Source of the DNA: Sminthopsis crassicaudata
Lineage: Eukaryota
Length of the DNA: 64,000 nt
Assembly (NCBI RefSeq): GCF_048593235.1
Contig: NC_133620.1
Coordinates: 5,581,123-5,645,122, forward strand
Direction of reading: 5' to 3'
Within the stretch, counting starts at the first letter, position 1; each line of letters begins with the position of its first letter. Below the pieces are notes generated by a model. The model was not told the origin of the DNA. It saw only the letters and a program-made list of their open reading frames with translations, and did no database searches. The position numbers were made by a program, and so were the translations under genes. Shown here in pieces: positions 60,791 through 64,000 of this stretch.

Positions 60791-62589
60791 AGAAAGATCA
60801 GGTTCAAGGGAATGGGAAGGCCCAAGGCATTAAGAAGAGTCAGAGGAAGGTGGAGGACCTCTCCTGGCTATTTAGTCACAAAGTCCAGACTTTCAGGCCA
60901 GGAGCCAGACCTTGCTCTGCCTTTCGCCTGGTGCCTTCCTCCCCTGAGCTGCTGGGAGCACCTTGTTCCTGAGAGGTGCCAGCTTCCCCTCCCCCTCCCC
61001 CCAGGAGTTCTCTGAAGTCTGGCACCTTCTATCTTCCCCAAAGATGACTTTCACTTGTGCCAGCACAAGGTCACTTCCTCCATGACTGAGTCACTTTTCT
61101 GACTCTGAATTTCTTCCTCCTTATGAATAAACCGAGAAATCTTGGCCAAATCACCTCCCCTTTCACAATCCAGGTGAAAGTCATCCATAAAATGGAGGTA
61201 ACCCTCGTTCTGCCTGCCCTCCTCAGTCAGCCACTCTGGGAGTAAAATGGGCCACAAACCGGAACTGGGCAGTCCTTCCCTTTCCTTCCTCTTGCCCTTT
61301 TCCTCCCTGGGTCCGCATCGAATATCATACCCTTACCTACAGATGCTCTTTAAAAAAAGCGTTCCCCCCCCCCTTTTGTACCTCTGCGCCCTCCCCAGAC
61401 ATCTTAGGGTTACCTGACTAGATTTCTTTCTTAAGGGCGGGGCCTTCACCAGAACCTCTGATTCTTATTGGTCACCAGTACCCCCTTGGCTTATGGTTTA
61501 GGTAGCAGTCATTTTGACTTGGGCCAGAAACCCTTCCCCTCCCAGAGTCATTTATTTATTCAGACTTTTGGGGGGAAGAGATGAGAGAGGAGATTCTTTG
61601 CCTCCGCTTCCCCCCCCCCCCCTTAATCACTGAGTGGCTGTTGCCTCAGTCAAATTGAGACTTGGAAGAGCTGAGCTAAAAAGCCCCCACCGCATCCAGG
61701 GCCATCTGCGGCCGCCCCGTCTCTGTGTGGCCCCCGGCCCCGATGGCTCTGGAGGGGAAAGTGAGGCAGGTGATCCGCCCAGCCCTCCCTCGCTCAGATC
61801 ACCTGGCGTCTCGGCTTCACGTCCCTGAAGTCCGGGTCACGCTTATTAAAGGGATGAAAGGATCAGACCCAAGCCGGGGAGGCCCCGGGAGCCCCCTCCT
61901 CAGCCACAGAGACGCCCCAATGGTGGGGCCTGGAGGGGCGCGCGCTAGCGGGGGTGGGGAACGGGGGCTGGGGACCCGTGGCTCCGTGGCCCCGAGCAGC
62001 CGCGGCCCCAAGCTCGGGGTCTTAGAGCCGGAGTGCTCGAGGGCAGCGGCGGCGCAGGGACTTCAGATTTCCGAGATTCCCGTTCCGATGCAGCAAAGCT
62101 CAGGGTCCGAGGGCGAACGGCCCCTCCCGCAGCACTTGGAAGCAGGCAGGTCCCTCTGGGCTCGGCCCGGAGGCACCGAAGCTATTCCTAGGATGTGACG
62201 GGGTCCGTGCCATTGAGGGGTCTGTTGAAATCGCGGAGGTTTCTCTTGAAGAGAAGGCTGTGGCGGCGGCTCGCCCTAGCCTCGCGCCTTTCCAGGGTAG
62301 CCTGTTATGTGCAACAGTGAATGAGGGGGCTCTTTACCCAGAGGCCAGTGGAGATTGAGGGGTCCCCAGGGGTCGCCTCAGAATGGGGCGTTCGCTTTTA
62401 CTGACGAGTTCTTTTTTTTGGGGGGGCTCAGGCTCTTTCCCACTTGCCATCCCTTCTCTGCGAAAACGCAGGCTCAGGAGGGTCAAGACCCCCGACCCAC
62501 AGCAAGTGTCAGGCCCGGGAACCCTCTTGATTTGCAGGGAGGCCCCCAAGCCCTGTCGGCGCGTCACCATCCTTCTTCGGGAGCCCTCA

Positions 62590-62910
62590 GACTCCGCTGC
62601 CCCAGGCGGCCGGCTCAGCTTGGGGTTCCCCGGTCCCCCAGGTTCTACGCCGTCGGCTTGCTCCCCGTCCCCCCCCCCCGCTGCCCCAGGCGGCCGGCTC
62701 AGCTTGGGGTCCCCCGGTCCCCCAGGTTCCACGCCGTCGGCTTGCTCCCCGCCCCCCGACTCCCCCAGGCGGCCGGCTCATCTTGGGGTCCCCCGGCCCC
62801 CCAGGCTCCACGCCGTCGGCTTGCTCCCCGCCCCCCCTCCGCTGCCCCAAGCGGCCGGCTCAGCTTGGGGTCCCCCGGTCCCCCAGGCTCCACGCCGTCG
62901 GCTTGCTCCC
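62590..62910. repeat. GC-rich minisatellite, 4 units of ~79-84 bp
   Basis: The core 'ccccaggcggccggctcagcttggggtcccccggtcccccaggttccacgccgtcggcttgctcccc' recurs at 62600, 62684, 62763 and 62845. Confidence 0.97.
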
Positions 62911-63140
62911 TGACTCCGCTCGGGCTGCGTCCGGATACTTGGCCAGTGTCGGAGGGGGGAGGCGGAGGCTGCCCGCCTTCCACCCGCGGCGCACCCAGCC
63001 CGGCCTGCCCCGCCCTCCCTCGGGGCAAAGTCCCGGGTCCGGCTCTCCCGGGCGCTCGCTGCCGTGGGTTCGGGGGTACCGGACCGGCCGCCCGCGCCGC
63101 CTCCCGCCCGAAGCCCCGTGGGCCCCTCCGCGCCGCCACG

Positions 63141-63392
63141 ATGCCGCTGGGACTGCGGGGCAAGAAGAAAGGCGCGCCCAAGGACCAGTGCGAGCTGGTG
63201 AGGGCCGAGCCGAGGGCCCCGCGCGCCGCGCAACCCGAGCCCCCGGAGCCCCCCGAGCGGCCGCCCAAGCCCTCGCTCGTGTTCCAGGCGCAGCTGGCGC
63301 ACGGCGGCGCCGCGGCCGGGGTGGAGGGCTTCGCCAGCATCCACGAGCTGTACGCCAAGATCGCCCAGGCCTTCGGCATCCCGCCCTCCGAG
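63141..63392 (+). CDS. GIPC2: PDZ domain-containing protein GIPC2, coding exon 1 (84 codons)
   Basis: GCCACGATG Kozak context. MPLGLRGKKK...LVFQAQLAHG...VEGFASIHELYAKIAQAFGIPPSE matches GIPC2 exon 1. Phase-0 donor GAG|GTAAGA at 63393. Synteny downstream of DNAJB4 fits. Confidence 0.95.
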
Positions 63393-64000
63393 GTAAGAGC
63401 GCCGGGGACGCAGGGGCCGGAGCCCCGACGCCTCATTTCCCACAGGAGGAAAGTGAGGCTCCCAGGGACCCACTGCGGGGCTCCGCCCCAGGCTCTGTCC
63501 CCGCTTCAAATCCCTCTTTTGAAGTTTCCCACCAGTTTGTCCGTGGGCAAATCATGTCTTCCGTGCCTCAGTTTCCTTATCTGCCAATGAAAGCCTCTGA
63601 CTGGGAAGCCTCGGGTGGCAGGGGGAGGAGGGAGGGAGGGCAGCGGAGCCCAGAGTCCGCGCGGGACGGACTTGCCTGGGCGGACAGGTTCCCCTCCCTT
63701 ATCCCAGAAGCGCATCATCGGGCCGCTGGCGGTACCTCGGGATTATCCGGACTAAAGCGGCTCTCCTCCCGACCCCCTCCTCCCCCACGAAGGTCTCGGG
63801 CCCTTCCCCATGGCCGCTTTTGCGTGTGGCTCTGACCGTTGCAGAAATGCAAACGTCCCCTTAGTGCAGAGGGAGAGCCGACGGTTTGGTGACCCCGGGG
63901 AAGTGCCTGGGACCACCGAGCTAGAATAATGCACTAAAGGAAGGCCAGGGGGTAGGGGAGGCAGGGAGGCCTGGGGAGGAGGGGAGGCCTGGAGAGGCAG

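Larger units (their letters stand above)
61690..63900. promoter_or_regulatory. GIPC2 CpG island / promoter
   Basis: Very high GC and CpG density around the GIPC2 start codon. Confidence 0.85.

Noticed and set aside
62590-62910. Regular repeats as a CRISPR-like array
   Set aside because: The units are contiguous with no unique spacers, and the context is a mammalian CpG island. It is a minisatellite.
62355-63590. 411-aa ORF in frame with GIPC2, suggesting a long N-terminal extension
   Set aside because: It begins at TTG with no in-frame upstream ATG and crosses a minisatellite whose units shift frame. The real start has good Kozak context, and the tail is intron read-through past the 63392 donor.

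Overview
Marsupial genomic DNA. The SINE, L1 and ERV families look Australian or dasyurid-like, which is an inference. The window holds the conserved vertebrate block FUBP1(-) / DNAJB4(+) / GIPC2(+). It contains FUBP1 coding exon 1 (3866-3976, minus) in a CpG island, the complete three-exon DNAJB4 CDS (28479-37618, 337 aa) and GIPC2 coding exon 1 (63141-63392), which has a 4-unit ~80-bp GC-rich minisatellite just upstream. The rest is mostly MIR, L2, L3, L1, WSINE-type SINEs and LTR elements. The standout structure is a minus-strand betaretrovirus-like (ERV2) provirus at ~40871-47136. Its order is 5'LTR, tRNA-Lys3-type PBS, an intronless pinin (PNN) cDNA with 3'UTR, ~0.5 kb of unassigned DNA, gag CA/NC, an integrase C-terminal stub, PPT and 3'LTR. 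The PNN cDNA sits where the viral leader and matrix should be, and I see no poly(A) tail or convincing TSD. This looks like retroviral capture of a host mRNA rather than an ordinary L1-made processed pseudogene. All repeat family names and orthology calls come from recognition by eye, not database searches. Most long ORFs in the supplied track are CpG-island or microsatellite artefacts.
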